From: Candidatus Fokinia solitaria
GTDB taxonomy: Bacteria; Pseudomonadota; Alphaproteobacteria; Rickettsiales; Midichloriaceae
Direction of reading: 5' to 3'
Assembly: GCF_003072485.1 (NCBI RefSeq)
Contig: NZ_CP025989.1
Span: 600,001-632,000, forward strand
Length of the DNA: 32,000 nucleotides
Below are positions 1-9,420 of this stretch, in pieces; position 1 is the first letter of the stretch; the number at the start of each line of letters is the position of its first letter. The translations under genes and the position numbers were made by a program. The notes under the pieces are model-generated. The model made no database searches. It was not told the DNA's origin and saw nothing but the letters and a program-made list of their open reading frames with translations.

Positions 1-1
1 A

Positions 2-463
2 AAAATGCTGCCACATTATAATACTCTTCCAACTATCATCGAATTAAGATCTCCTACAAAATTTATATCAAGACTCTTAGACGGCAAAACAAGTGTACCG
101 CAAAACATTCAAAACACTTTAGGATACGATAAAATCGTCAGTGCACTGCCTCCTAAGATAGAATCTTGCATAGCCTTATTTTGTGACGTCATGACATATC
201 ATGCGAATTGGCTTACGCTACTATCAAATATGTGCAAAAAACTCTCGCAAAATTCACAAATAATCGTCACATTTCGCACTTTAGAAGGTATCACTGGTAC
301 ACTATATCATCAAGAACATATGATGTTATACGAAGAAGAATTTGTGAAGAATGCACTTTCAAGTATTGGAATAACAACTGAAAATTCATACCATATCGAT
401 AATTATGCGATTTTATCAGATAAAAAGTACGAAACTGTGCTATTAATAGCAAAGAAACTTTAG
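2..463 (+). CDS. Hypothetical protein, 3' portion. Weak resemblance to the C-terminal half of a class I SAM-dependent methyltransferase.
   Basis: ORF track 5..463. The codon at 2-4 is in frame with no stop, so the true start probably lies upstream of the window. The segment ESCIALFCDVMTYHANWLTLLSNMCKKLSQNSQIIVTF resembles the strand-helix-strand region after motif II of Rossmann-fold methyltransferases. The SAM-binding glycine motif would lie outside the window, so this is unverified. Confidence 0.3.
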   Translation, partial: KMLPHYNTLPTIIELRSPTKFISRLLDGKTSVPQNIQNTLGYDKIVSALPPKIESCIALFCDVMTYHANWLTLLSNMCKKLSQNSQIIVTFRTLEGITGTLYHQEHMMLYEEEFVKNALSSIGITTENSYHIDNYAILSDKKYETVLLIAKKL

Positions 464-502
464 TTATGATGAATTGTACGAAAACTGCATTTTAATAGCA
501 TT

Positions 503-2575
503 GTGAAATCACAAATTATACAATTTCTTCAAAATATAGGAAAAGAATATGAACAGCATAATTTATGCTTCGTTTCCGATTATTCCATTGATAGCGCAGA
601 GTTATTTGAATTAATTATCAAGGAAAAATTGCTATGCTGTAATTCAATTACATTCATCAGTTGTTGCGATTTTCTGAGTAATGCTACAACTAAAACATTA
701 TGTAGTACGTACGACACAAATTTATTGCAAGTCTCATCGATATTAAATCGTAACAGCACAAAACAACTCATATCAATGCAAGATGCTATTCTCGCTACAG
801 CTTTATATTGCAAATCACGCAACTTAACATATACGTCTAATGATACCTATAATCAATTTGTGCTATATAAAAACGATGATGATTTCAAAACTTTCATCGA
901 AGCTGTATGCGACAGCAGAAATGTATATTCTCCATGGCAAATACTAGAATCGATGGAAGGCTGCATTATGATCGCAGTAGAACCAATTAATAACAGATGC
1001 TTACTAAGAAATTTTTCAAAATATCACATAAAATATGAGATAACTGCTGCACAGAAGTATCTCGAGAACTCGATATCTCTCAAAGATCACAGATTAAATA
1101 AAAAACACGTATATATCATTTCTGATGATGATAAGTACATAAATTTGGTAATAGCAAAATTATGTGATGCCACTTCAGTACCAAAGCAGTCTGCAGAAAT
1201 TCTGAGTAAGATGAAGTATATTTTAGCTTCTTTAGAAAGAAGTGAATATCATTATAGCACGCTTATTACAATATTACTTGCAAGTGATATTAGTAAATCT
1301 TTCATATTTAAATTATCGCACATATTACGAGGAAAGAACTTTATATACATCGAGCAAATCGCAAATTTTCTAGAAAATGATCCGTCTCTCTCAGAGGAAC
1401 ATGATATACAAAGAGTAATAACGATCGCAAAATTTATACAAACGCTACTAGATAATCTAGAAAATGGAGTAATGACTACTCTAAGTATCATATTCGAATT
1501 AGCGAAAGCTCTCAATGATACATCTTCTTCCGAAAGTGATGAGTATATATCAAAAACGTTGGATGATATTTCACAGTTATACAACTTCATTGAACACGAT
1601 GCACTAGATCTTCGAAAGCTTGTCGATGCACTACAGGTCACAAGTAGTACAACTACGACGCACTGTCAAAATATCTTCTTTCACTCTATTCACGATTTTC
1701 TGAAAATAGACGATATTGATACAAACTGTATCATATACTTTCCGTTAAACAAGAATACAGCAACTGCACAGCTAAGTATGGAAAGTTATAAAGTTATACA
1801 GCTAGTACTTAATAAACAAAGAGAATGTATCATAGGATACGATAGAGATCGTTCTCTGCAAGCGCTTCAAGCGGAAAAGGTTCACTCATTCTGCTTACGC
1901 GTTCCATTTTTTTTATCTTCGCGTAAATTCTTTAGTCTCGTACATTATCCGGAGCAGTACTATATCACAGCACATAGTAATCAAGATATTGGCTTGAAAT
2001 TATATTCTTTCGGTAAAAAAGAATTGGAGAAAATCTGTGAAAAATCGTTATTTAGCGAAGTTCTTTACGAAGAAGAAAGTGAAGCTATTAATTTCCTACA
2101 GTTACATATACCTCAAGTATCTGATAGCATGGAATATTACAATGCAGAAATATCATGTAATGCTCAGAATATAAAGCTACGAGCAAAAATCTACGGACTT
2201 TTTGTACAAGATAATAAGATGAAATTTACCTATTTTGCAAAATCTTTACCTCAATACTCCAGTGACAATTCATATGCAAAAGAATGTAAAGAGAATCACG
2301 ACTACGAATTGCTATTTAAAGCTGTAGTAGGATATTCAAGTCAACTTGAATCGAAACTTGACGATATGATAATAGTAGATTCTTATTCTATCGAAAACTC
2401 TATAAATGAATGTTATATAAGAAATGAGATAATACATCTCTCGTATAAAGAAAGCTTGGAAGTATTACAAAACGTGCTAACATTTTACTGTGGAAAAGAG
2501 TCTAAAAAATTAAATCTAGATCATGAAAAGCATATCAAGTACCCTCTCTTTTACAGAAAAGCAAGAAAATGGTAA
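503..2575 (+). CDS. Large hypothetical protein (690 aa), no recognisable catalytic motif, probably lineage-specific
   Basis: A long uninterrupted ORF in AT-rich DNA, where stop codons are frequent by chance, so it is very likely coding. GTG start at 503. No P-loop, signal peptide or transmembrane segments seen. One C-terminal stretch (RAKIYGLFVQDNKMKFTYFAKSLP ... YELLFKAVV) is faintly reminiscent of the AddB/RecB-type PD-(D/E)XK nuclease layout, but with the acidic and lysine residues replaced. Confidence 0.6.
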   Translation: MKSQIIQFLQNIGKEYEQHNLCFVSDYSIDSAELFELIIKEKLLCCNSITFISCCDFLSNATTKTLCSTYDTNLLQVSSILNRNSTKQLISMQDAILATALYCKSRNLTYTSNDTYNQFVLYKNDDDFKTFIEAVCDSRNVYSPWQILESMEGCIMIAVEPINNRCLLRNFSKYHIKYEITAAQKYLENSISLKDHRLNKKHVYIISDDDKYINLVIAKLCDATSVPKQSAEILSKMKYILASLERSEYHYSTLITILLASDISKSFIFKLSHILRGKNFIYIEQIANFLENDPSLSEEHDIQRVITIAKFIQTLLDNLENGVMTTLSIIFELAKALNDTSSSESDEYISKTLDDISQLYNFIEHDALDLRKLVDALQVTSSTTTTHCQNIFFHSIHDFLKIDDIDTNCIIYFPLNKNTATAQLSMESYKVIQLVLNKQRECIIGYDRDRSLQALQAEKVHSFCLRVPFFLSSRKFFSLVHYPEQYYITAHSNQDIGLKLYSFGKKELEKICEKSLFSEVLYEEESEAINFLQLHIPQVSDSMEYYNAEISCNAQNIKLRAKIYGLFVQDNKMKFTYFAKSLPQYSSDNSYAKECKENHDYELLFKAVVGYSSQLESKLDDMIIVDSYSIENSINECYIRNEIIHLSYKESLEVLQNVLTFYCGKESKKLNLDHEKHIKYPLFYRKARKW

Positions 2576-2864
2576 TGATATTCTTTTTCAAAGCGGAATC
2601 ATTACACATTGGAAAGATATAGTAGGTAACGATATAGGTAAACATACAATGCCTGTGAAATTATCCTATACCGCAAACTTAACACTTGGAATGTCAGCAC
2701 AACAACATGAGATGTTACAGAAAAAAAGAACATGTATACTGATCTTAAAATTGTATAATCCAAGCTTTGTATTAACAATTAAGCTAAATGAGCAACTGAT
2801 AATAGAGAGAGTAAATACATATATAGGAGAATCTCTTATATCTTCTATTTCTTGCAATATTTAG
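2523..2864 (+). CDS. DUF721 domain-containing protein (DciA-like, putative replicative helicase operator/loader family)
   Basis: The pattern W-x-D-I-V-G-x-x-I-x-K-H-T-x-P-V-K-L, then a hydrophobic strand LILKLYNPSFVLTIKLNEQLIIERVNTYIGESLISSI, matches the usual DUF721 layout (W..iVG..la.ht.p......L.v.v.s......l.....l..i....g...i..i). The first ATG at 2523 overlaps the 3' end of the 690-aa ORF by 53 nt in another frame. The true start is uncertain. Confidence 0.6.
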   Translation: MKSISSTLSFTEKQENGNDILFQSGIITHWKDIVGNDIGKHTMPVKLSYTANLTLGMSAQQHEMLQKKRTCILILKLYNPSFVLTIKLNEQLIIERVNTYIGESLISSISCNI

Positions 2865-2869
2865 AACAG

Positions 2870-3442
2870 TCAGAACAACAACTCTAAACAATATCTAGTC
2901 ATTAGCACAATCAATCCTGCATAAATACCGGCAATAACATCGTCGAACATTATACCAAATGCGCTATGCATATTTGCGTCTATCTTACGTATTGGAAATG
3001 GCTTCGCAATATCAAAGATTCTAAACAATATAAAAGCAGGAATAAACTCAGCAAAATATGCATCTACTATTTCAATAGCAAACTTTGTACGTAAAAAGAT
3101 TAGATCTTGAGAACAGATTGACAAGCATACCGTTATGCCAAGCACTTCATCTATCACTATAAAACTCGCATCAGCTTTTTCATTATGAATCTTGCCGTAA
3201 TTTTTCCAAAAAGTAATAGATAGCAATCCTATTATAAAAATGAATACGCTTATTTCAAACAGTACCACTGCAATTCTCCAATAATCACAGTTCATCCTTA
3301 CAATAGCGTATATCGGAAATCCTATTAAAGTGCCGATTGTACCACTTGCAATAGGGAAATATCCGACGCCAAAACAAGTATTTAGAACAATAGCGGCTTT
3401 ATAAGCTATTCTTTTACAAGTTAAAAAAATTACTCTTTTCAT
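2870..3442 (-). CDS. pgpA: Phosphatidylglycerophosphatase A
   Basis: FGVGYFPIASGTIGTLIGFPIY, FIVIDEVLG, RIFDIAKPFPIRKID and FGIMFDDVIAGIYAG match conserved PgpA blocks. I chose the ATG at 3442 (MKRVIF...). The track ORF extends to 3472. Either start overlaps the 3' end of map. Confidence 0.85.
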   Translation of the reverse strand: MKRVIFLTCKRIAYKAAIVLNTCFGVGYFPIASGTIGTLIGFPIYAIVRMNCDYWRIAVVLFEISVFIFIIGLLSITFWKNYGKIHNEKADASFIVIDEVLGITVCLSICSQDLIFLRTKFAIEIVDAYFAEFIPAFILFRIFDIAKPFPIRKIDANMHSAFGIMFDDVIAGIYAGLIVLMTRYCLELLF

Positions 3443-4196
3443 TATCCGAACGTGTGAAAATTTTACATCCATTTTTTGTTACGCCTATAGTATGCTCAAA
3501 CTGTGCGGATAATGTACGATCTTTAGTAATTACCGTCCATCCATCCTTCATCAAAGCAGTTTCAGCTTTACCAACGTTAAGCATCGGCTCAATTGTGATG
3601 CACATCCCTTCTTCTAATATCACCTGTGCTGCATCTTCGCAGTAGTAATGAGGCACTATAGGAGCATCATGAAATACACGTCCTATACCATGACCACAAT
3701 ACTCATGAACAACTGAGTATCCGTATTTTTTCGCCTCTTCTTGAATAACCGTTCCTATATCAGAAAGCTTTATACCAGATCTTACAACGCTTATTCCTTT
3801 CATCATTGCATTATACGTCACTTGTGTAAGTCTTTTTGCGATAACAGGGACAGCATCGCTTACAAAATATGTACGACTTGCGTCAGCATACCAACCATCC
3901 AGTATTATTGTGATATCCACATTCAGTATATCTGTAGCTTGTAGTCTCTTATCTCTTGATGGAATACCATGACAAACGACATGATTTACTGAAGTGCACA
4001 CGGATTTCGGAAAACCGTTATACCCTAAGGAAGCCGATTTTGCGCCCGCAGCTGCAATTCTTTCAACACAAAAATCATCAATATCAGCTGTAGAAATACC
4101 ACTTTTTATAAAATCACTCAACTCATCCAATATAGATGCTACCAATTTGCCAGCTTTCTCCATATATTCGAAATCTACAAGAGAATATTTATTCAT
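3414..4196 (-). CDS. map: Type I methionine aminopeptidase
   Basis: GYNGFPKSVCTSVNHVVCHGIP, DITIILDGWYADASRT, YCGHGIGRVFH, ITIEPM and FEHT cover the metal-ligand blocks of MetAP type I. Start chosen at the ATG at 4196 (MNKYSLVDFEYMEKAGK...), which lies 1 nt after the alaS stop. The track start at 4220 is an in-frame upstream alternative. Confidence 0.9.
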   Translation of the reverse strand: MNKYSLVDFEYMEKAGKLVASILDELSDFIKSGISTADIDDFCVERIAAAGAKSASLGYNGFPKSVCTSVNHVVCHGIPSRDKRLQATDILNVDITIILDGWYADASRTYFVSDAVPVIAKRLTQVTYNAMMKGISVVRSGIKLSDIGTVIQEEAKKYGYSVVHEYCGHGIGRVFHDAPIVPHYYCEDAAQVILEEGMCITIEPMLNVGKAETALMKDGWTVITKDRTLSAQFEHTIGVTKNGCKIFTRSDNEKSNFFNL

Positions 4197-4197
4197 T

Positions 4198-6870
4198 CTA
4201 TGATCTATATAATTCAACAAAACAATCTAATAATCGACGAGAAGTAAAACGAGTTTCTATATTACCTATAGTAGCGGTAAATGCATTACCTCCCCCTTTA
4301 CCTCCTGTAATATCAAGCATCTCATCAGCAATATCTTTAGCGGTAACGCTATTTTCTAGAGAAATCGCAAATACATCTAAGAGTGCAATATTTGAAGCTA
4401 CGTTATACTGATATATCAAAAATATCTTTGGAAGAACATTACATGCGTTTAATCTCTTCTTTATTTCTCTTGCAGCTTCAGATAGTGCAACTTTAGAAGG
4501 CCCTTCTATGCATACAGCATAAATATATGCACTGATTGCGCCAGAAAACACAAACTCTTGTTCGCTAACATCAGCTTTATTTATAATTTCCTTTACTCGA
4601 AGAGTATTAACTTCCTTTTCTAGAGATTTATAATCACATTGCAAAGCCTTTACTCTATCCGATAATTCATCAGCTTTACACTTCAGAAGTAGCGCGCTTG
4701 TTTTAACAATTTCATCAAATGTACTAAACAAATTAAATGCAGACTCAGCTGTCACGCATTCAATCCTTCTAATACCGGATGCAACTGCAGATTCTCCAAC
4801 TATTTTAAAGATTCCTATTTCTCCAGTACTATTCACGTGTGTTCCACAGCACAATTCTGCAGAACTACCAATTCGAACAACTCTCACTTCATCACCATAT
4901 AGCTCTTCTGCTAAACTCAAGACACCATCCTGCATAGCAGTATTATAATCAGTATTTGTGATTATAACCGTGAGATTCTCTCTTATTACAGCATTGACTC
5001 TTGTTTCTATCATCAATCTTTGTTCATTGGAAAGCGGCACATCTGATGCAAAATCAAATCTCAATCTTTCGGATGTTACAGATGAACCTTTTTGAACAAT
5101 GTGCGTACCAAGTATATCACGCATTACTTTTTGCATAATATGAGTGGCAGAATGATTTGCAGCGATCTTTTTTCTTCTTACATAATTTACTGAAAGTACC
5201 GCAGTATCAGCATTACTTAGAATGTCATATATCCCTTCTCGAGGCGCTAATACATGTCCTATTACATCAGAAATTACAATCGTGTTTATAATTGCCAATT
5301 TCTCTCCATTAATTATGACATAGCCACTATCTCCCGTTTGTCCACCGGACTCCGGATAAAACGGAGTAGCGTCAAAAACTACAATATAAGATTCTTTATC
5401 TACTATCTTGTGATAGCCTATAATCTTCGCTGTATATAAGTCTTCATCAGATGTTACTTGATAGCACATCATTTCAGATATGTGACCACTCTCTTTTAAC
5501 TTCAACATAAAGTGCTCGACATCAGTATTTTGACTATCTCCAAAACTTGAGTTGATTTTAGATCTCTGTTTCTGCTGCAAAAGTAGTAATTCAAATCTCT
5601 CTTCCTCTACCTGCATATTGTGCTCTTTCGCAGTATCTTTTATTATGTCGTACGGAAAGCCATATGTATCATGTAGCTGAAACACCACATCTCCACTTAG
5701 CACGTTTTGCTCTCCTGCAGGAAGCTTTAAGAGATGCTCTTGCAGTATTCGCATGCCTACGGTAAGAGTCGTACCGAAACGCTCTTCTTCTTTTCTGATA
5801 TCAACGGAAATTTGCGGATTATACGTAACAGTACACACTTCGCTCATTCTGTTCATCACCACTACAGCGACAATATCAAGTATAGGCTCTTTAATACCAT
5901 GCATATACAAATATCTCATTGCTCTTCTGATAATTCGCCTCAATACGTAACCACGTCCTTCATTCGATACAGAAACATTATCGTACATCATAAAACACGC
6001 CGCTCTCATATGATCTGCAACTATCTTCAGCATACGTTTTGATTCAAGAGGAAGTTGATGCCAATCACTATAGCGCTCAAAGTAACCTATATCTCGTATT
6101 GCTGCGAAAATGCCATCGATAATATCCAAGAAAATATCTATATGAAAGTTGTCCGTAACACCCTGCAATGCCGCTGCTAATCTTTCTACACCTATGCCAG
6201 TATCAATACATTTCTTCGGCAACTCTATCAACTTTCCATCACATAACTTCTCATATTGCATAAAAACTAAACTCCATATCTCGACGAAACGATCTCCATC
6301 GACTCCGTATTCAGAGATTGAGTAATTAAATTCTTCTCCATTATCATAAAAAATATCCATACAAGGACCGCAAGGACCATCATTTCCCATCGACCAAAAA
6401 TTATCATTACTTTTGATTTTTAATATCTTACTCTCTGAGAAATTCGTAATTTTTCTACATAAATCGAATGCTTCTTCATCATCATGGTATACAGATATCA
6501 TCAACTTATTTTTATTTATCCCTAGCTCTTCCAAAAACTTCCAAGCATACAGTATAGCTTCTTCCTTGAAATAATTATCGAATGAAAAATTTCCAAGCAT
6601 CTGAAAAAATGTATGATGTCTTGTAGTGTATCCTACATTTTCCAAATCATTATGCTTCCCCCCTGCTCTAACACATCTCTGACAAGTTGCTACACTTTTA
6701 TATAATGGCTCTTCCGCTCTCGTAAACCATTTCTTGAATTGCACCATGCCAGAGTTTACAAACATCATGGATGGATCGTTCTGTAACACGAGAGGACTAG
6801 AGTCTAGTATCTTATGATCTAAATTTTCAAAAAAAGATAAAAAACGATCTATCAGTTCTTTTGTTTTCAT
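4198..6870 (-). CDS. alaS: Alanine--tRNA ligase
   Basis: Class II core motifs: MFVNSGMVQFK and RCVRAGGKHNDLENVGYTTRHHTFFQMLGNFSF. Editing-domain zinc motifs HSATH and CCGTH. C-terminal DHHA1-type GGKGGG. Start set at the ATG at 6870 (MKTKELIDRF...), 4 nt after the infC stop. The track extension to 6927 would overlap infC. Confidence 0.95.
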   Translation of the reverse strand: MKTKELIDRFLSFFENLDHKILDSSPLVLQNDPSMMFVNSGMVQFKKWFTRAEEPLYKSVATCQRCVRAGGKHNDLENVGYTTRHHTFFQMLGNFSFDNYFKEEAILYAWKFLEELGINKNKLMISVYHDDEEAFDLCRKITNFSESKILKIKSNDNFWSMGNDGPCGPCMDIFYDNGEEFNYSISEYGVDGDRFVEIWSLVFMQYEKLCDGKLIELPKKCIDTGIGVERLAAALQGVTDNFHIDIFLDIIDGIFAAIRDIGYFERYSDWHQLPLESKRMLKIVADHMRAACFMMYDNVSVSNEGRGYVLRRIIRRAMRYLYMHGIKEPILDIVAVVVMNRMSEVCTVTYNPQISVDIRKEEERFGTTLTVGMRILQEHLLKLPAGEQNVLSGDVVFQLHDTYGFPYDIIKDTAKEHNMQVEEERFELLLLQQKQRSKINSSFGDSQNTDVEHFMLKLKESGHISEMMCYQVTSDEDLYTAKIIGYHKIVDKESYIVVFDATPFYPESGGQTGDSGYVIINGEKLAIINTIVISDVIGHVLAPREGIYDILSNADTAVLSVNYVRRKKIAANHSATHIMQKVMRDILGTHIVQKGSSVTSERLRFDFASDVPLSNEQRLMIETRVNAVIRENLTVIITNTDYNTAMQDGVLSLAEELYGDEVRVVRIGSSAELCCGTHVNSTGEIGIFKIVGESAVASGIRRIECVTAESAFNLFSTFDEIVKTSALLLKCKADELSDRVKALQCDYKSLEKEVNTLRVKEIINKADVSEQEFVFSGAISAYIYAVCIEGPSKVALSEAAREIKKRLNACNVLPKIFLIYQYNVASNIALLDVFAISLENSVTAKDIADEMLDITGGKGGGNAFTATIGNIETRFTSRRLLDCFVELYRS

Positions 6871-6874
6871 AAGT

Positions 6875-7384
6875 CTACTTCGATGAGGAAAGAATAAGTA
6901 ACAACCTTCTTCCTTCCGCCTTAACATCAGAATCGATTTTAGAGTATTCCTTTAGATCCGCTTTCAAGCGATCTAAAAGCTTCATTCCAAGATCTTTATA
7001 CATAATCTCACGCCCTTTAAATTCAAGTATAATCTTCACCTTTTGAGAATCTTGAAGAAAACGAATAGCATTATTCAGTTTTACATCATAATCTCCTTTT
7101 GCAATATTAGGACGAAATTTGATCTCTTTGATTTCGACAAATTTTTGTTTTTTCTTCGTTTCCTGTAGCTTTTTCTGCTGTGCATACTTGTACTTGCCAA
7201 AATCTATTATCTTGCATACTGGTGGATCCATATTCGGAGATATCTCAACTAAATCCATTCCTGCATTTTGCGCCATTCTTAGTGCTTTTATTAAGTCAAA
7301 TCTGCCAAGCAGCACTCCATCGACACCAACTACTGCAACAACAGGAGCAGTAATCTGCTCATTAATTTTATTATTAACACTCAT
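6875..7384 (-). CDS. infC: Translation initiation factor IF-3
   Basis: LVEISPNMDPPVCKIIDFGKYKY and IKEIKFRPNIAKGDYDVKLNNAIRFLQDSQKVKIILEFKGRE are the typical IF-3 N and C domains. The start is ATG here, not the AUU used in E. coli. Confidence 0.95.
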   Translation of the reverse strand: MSVNNKINEQITAPVVAVVGVDGVLLGRFDLIKALRMAQNAGMDLVEISPNMDPPVCKIIDFGKYKYAQQKKLQETKKKQKFVEIKEIKFRPNIAKGDYDVKLNNAIRFLQDSQKVKIILEFKGREIMYKDLGMKLLDRLKADLKEYSKIDSDVKAEGRRLLLILSSSK

Positions 7385-7488
7385 TTAAATCGATCTGCGG
7401 AAAATCAATGATAGAAAAAAGAGTACAAAGAATCATACAATATATCATACTCCTCATAAAGCAATAACTGCACTCATGATATACGACA

Positions 7489-9387
7489 TCACTTTTGTTG
7501 TACATAATTACCGGGCGCACAACATATTTTCAATTTATCAATTGCACTAATTTCTTCTGCTGTGGTTTTTTCACCATTAAGCTTATTATCATTAAGCCAT
7601 TGAGTCAAATCCTCCCACCATGAACAATTAAATTTTGTCGCACTTTTACTCCAAAGATCAGGATCGCTATAATATTTATCGCAAACAAAGTATCCATACT
7701 TCTTCTTATGAGGAGGATTTACTATGCCAGCTACATGTCCTGATTCTGTCAGTACGAAACGACTCATTGCATTACTAGAACATAGTGAATGAGTCTTATG
7801 TACCGCTTTCCAAGGAGCTATATGATCCTCTTTTGCGGCAAGATTATATACAGGAATTGATATCTTATTTATATCTATATCAGTGTTCATACATGAGTAA
7901 GTACCTTTTACCAATTCATTATTTTGGTAAAAGCGTCGAAGATAATTTTTATGCATTTTAAACGGTAAACGAGTGCAATCAGCATTCCAGTACAGTATAT
8001 CAAAAGCTGAAGGCTGCTTACCTAACATGTAATTATTTACGTAATAATACCATAACATATCATTAGCCTTAAGCATACTAAACGTACTAAACATCGCATT
8101 ACCATCCAAGTATCCCTTTTTATTCATGTGCTTTTCTATCTCATTCAAGATCTGATTGTCTATGAAAACAGATACTTCTCCAGAATCTGAAAAATCAAGT
8201 AATGTAGTTAGAAGAGTAAGAGAATTAATTGGATTTTCTTGCTGAAGCTCCATATACGCCGCTACCACTGCAGATATAATACCACCTAAACAATATCCTA
8301 TAAGATTAATTTTTGCCTGCCCTGTAATTTCTTTTACCTTGCTTATCGCTTCCATTGCGCCATTTTTTATATAATCTTCCAAATCGACATCTCTATATGA
8401 TGCATCAGGATTGATCCAAGAAATTACAAAAACGGTATAACCTTGCTCCACTAAGTACGAAATAAATGAATTTTTCTGCTGTAAATCGAGTATATAGTAT
8501 TTATTAATCCATGCAGTACATATGAGAATTGGCACTGTAAAAACTGCTTCAGTTTTCGGATAATATCTAAGTAATTCAAACATTTTATTTTGAAATACTA
8601 CCACTCCTTTTGTATAAGCAATATTCTCTCCTACTTTAAACGCACCCTCAGGCACTGTACTAATCTGCACCCAAAAATCATCGTGTTTTTCTACATCATG
8701 TAAAAGATTCTTAGCGCCGTTTTTTAAATTCTCTCCTAGCGTACTTGCAATACTCTCAAGGATCTCTTGATTGTAAGATGCAAAGTTAGTAGGACGAAAA
8801 GTAAGTATCGTCTGCTTATAACAGAATTTCAAAAACTTCAACTCTTGAGTGGTAATCGTATTAGCTGCATTAGAAGATTTTTGTAAATTTTCATAATTTT
8901 CTACTGTTTTTACAATACTATTCGATATCTTATCATATGCTTCCAATATATCCCTAGAAGCTTTAGAATTGTTATCTTTGGAAAAGTCGCTAATATCAAA
9001 CGGAGAATTGTATATATTAAGGTAGTGCTCTAGAAAATACTTGTAAGATTCACTCACATAGCCATGCACATGTGGATGTAACTGCGCGCTGTAAAATGCA
9101 ACATTTTCCGGCATCATCCAAAATTTTCCATTTATAGCTATAAACTTCTCGTAAAACACACTTCCGATATCCATCATGAGGGAGTTTTTACTTAATTTCG
9201 TAAGTAATTTTACAAAAGCATAACTGTATAACAAAGATGATTGATACAGATTATTTTGAAGAGTTGAGATATTACAACAATTTTCGAGAGATTTCAGAGA
9301 ATTCTGCAAAAAGAACATGTAGTCCGCGCCGCGGCGATCAATACTGCTAAGGATAGTGTATTCTGTGTTAGTAAAATATGCAAGCAT
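7489..9387 (-). CDS. phaC: Class I poly(R)-hydroxyalkanoate synthase-like alpha/beta hydrolase
   Basis: Lipase-box GYCLGG with the catalytic Cys, WNADCTRLP, and the C-terminal ESGHVAGIVNPP histidine block. Length of 632 aa fits class I PhaC. No phaA or phaB in the window. Confidence 0.85.
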   Translation of the reverse strand: MLAYFTNTEYTILSSIDRRGADYMFFLQNSLKSLENCCNISTLQNNLYQSSLLYSYAFVKLLTKLSKNSLMMDIGSVFYEKFIAINGKFWMMPENVAFYSAQLHPHVHGYVSESYKYFLEHYLNIYNSPFDISDFSKDNNSKASRDILEAYDKISNSIVKTVENYENLQKSSNAANTITTQELKFLKFCYKQTILTFRPTNFASYNQEILESIASTLGENLKNGAKNLLHDVEKHDDFWVQISTVPEGAFKVGENIAYTKGVVVFQNKMFELLRYYPKTEAVFTVPILICTAWINKYYILDLQQKNSFISYLVEQGYTVFVISWINPDASYRDVDLEDYIKNGAMEAISKVKEITGQAKINLIGYCLGGIISAVVAAYMELQQENPINSLTLLTTLLDFSDSGEVSVFIDNQILNEIEKHMNKKGYLDGNAMFSTFSMLKANDMLWYYYVNNYMLGKQPSAFDILYWNADCTRLPFKMHKNYLRRFYQNNELVKGTYSCMNTDIDINKISIPVYNLAAKEDHIAPWKAVHKTHSLCSSNAMSRFVLTESGHVAGIVNPPHKKKYGYFVCDKYYSDPDLWSKSATKFNCSWWEDLTQWLNDNKLNGEKTTAEEISAIDKLKICCAPGNYVQQK

Positions 9388-9420
9388 ATAAAAATCAGCT
9401 TGCGCTGCATTAATAACAAT

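Noticed and set aside
580-1641. Minus-strand ORFs of 80 and 129 aa inside the 690-aa ORF.
   Set aside because: Both are nested antisense in a much longer ORF and are compositionally odd (Cys/Ser/Ile-rich). There is no independent support. The same applies to the other nested track ORFs: 3454..3645, 3741..3944, 3994..4203, 4136..4411, 5254..5439, 5734..6042, 7119..7388, 9400..9645, 9656..9841, 10298..10489, 10987..11175, 13305..13541, 13781..14647, 14675..14887, 16961..17422, 18093..18281, 19207..19404, 19736..19933, 21091..21285, 21650..21937, 26247..26489, 26787..27017, 28238..28471, 28740..29093 and 29398..29589.
6871-6927. A 19-codon N-terminal extension of alaS in the ORF track (MLRRKEEGCYLFFPHRSRL).
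   Set aside because: It would overlap the last 53 nt of infC. The internal ATG at 6870 gives the canonical AlaRS N-terminus and sits 4 nt after the infC stop.
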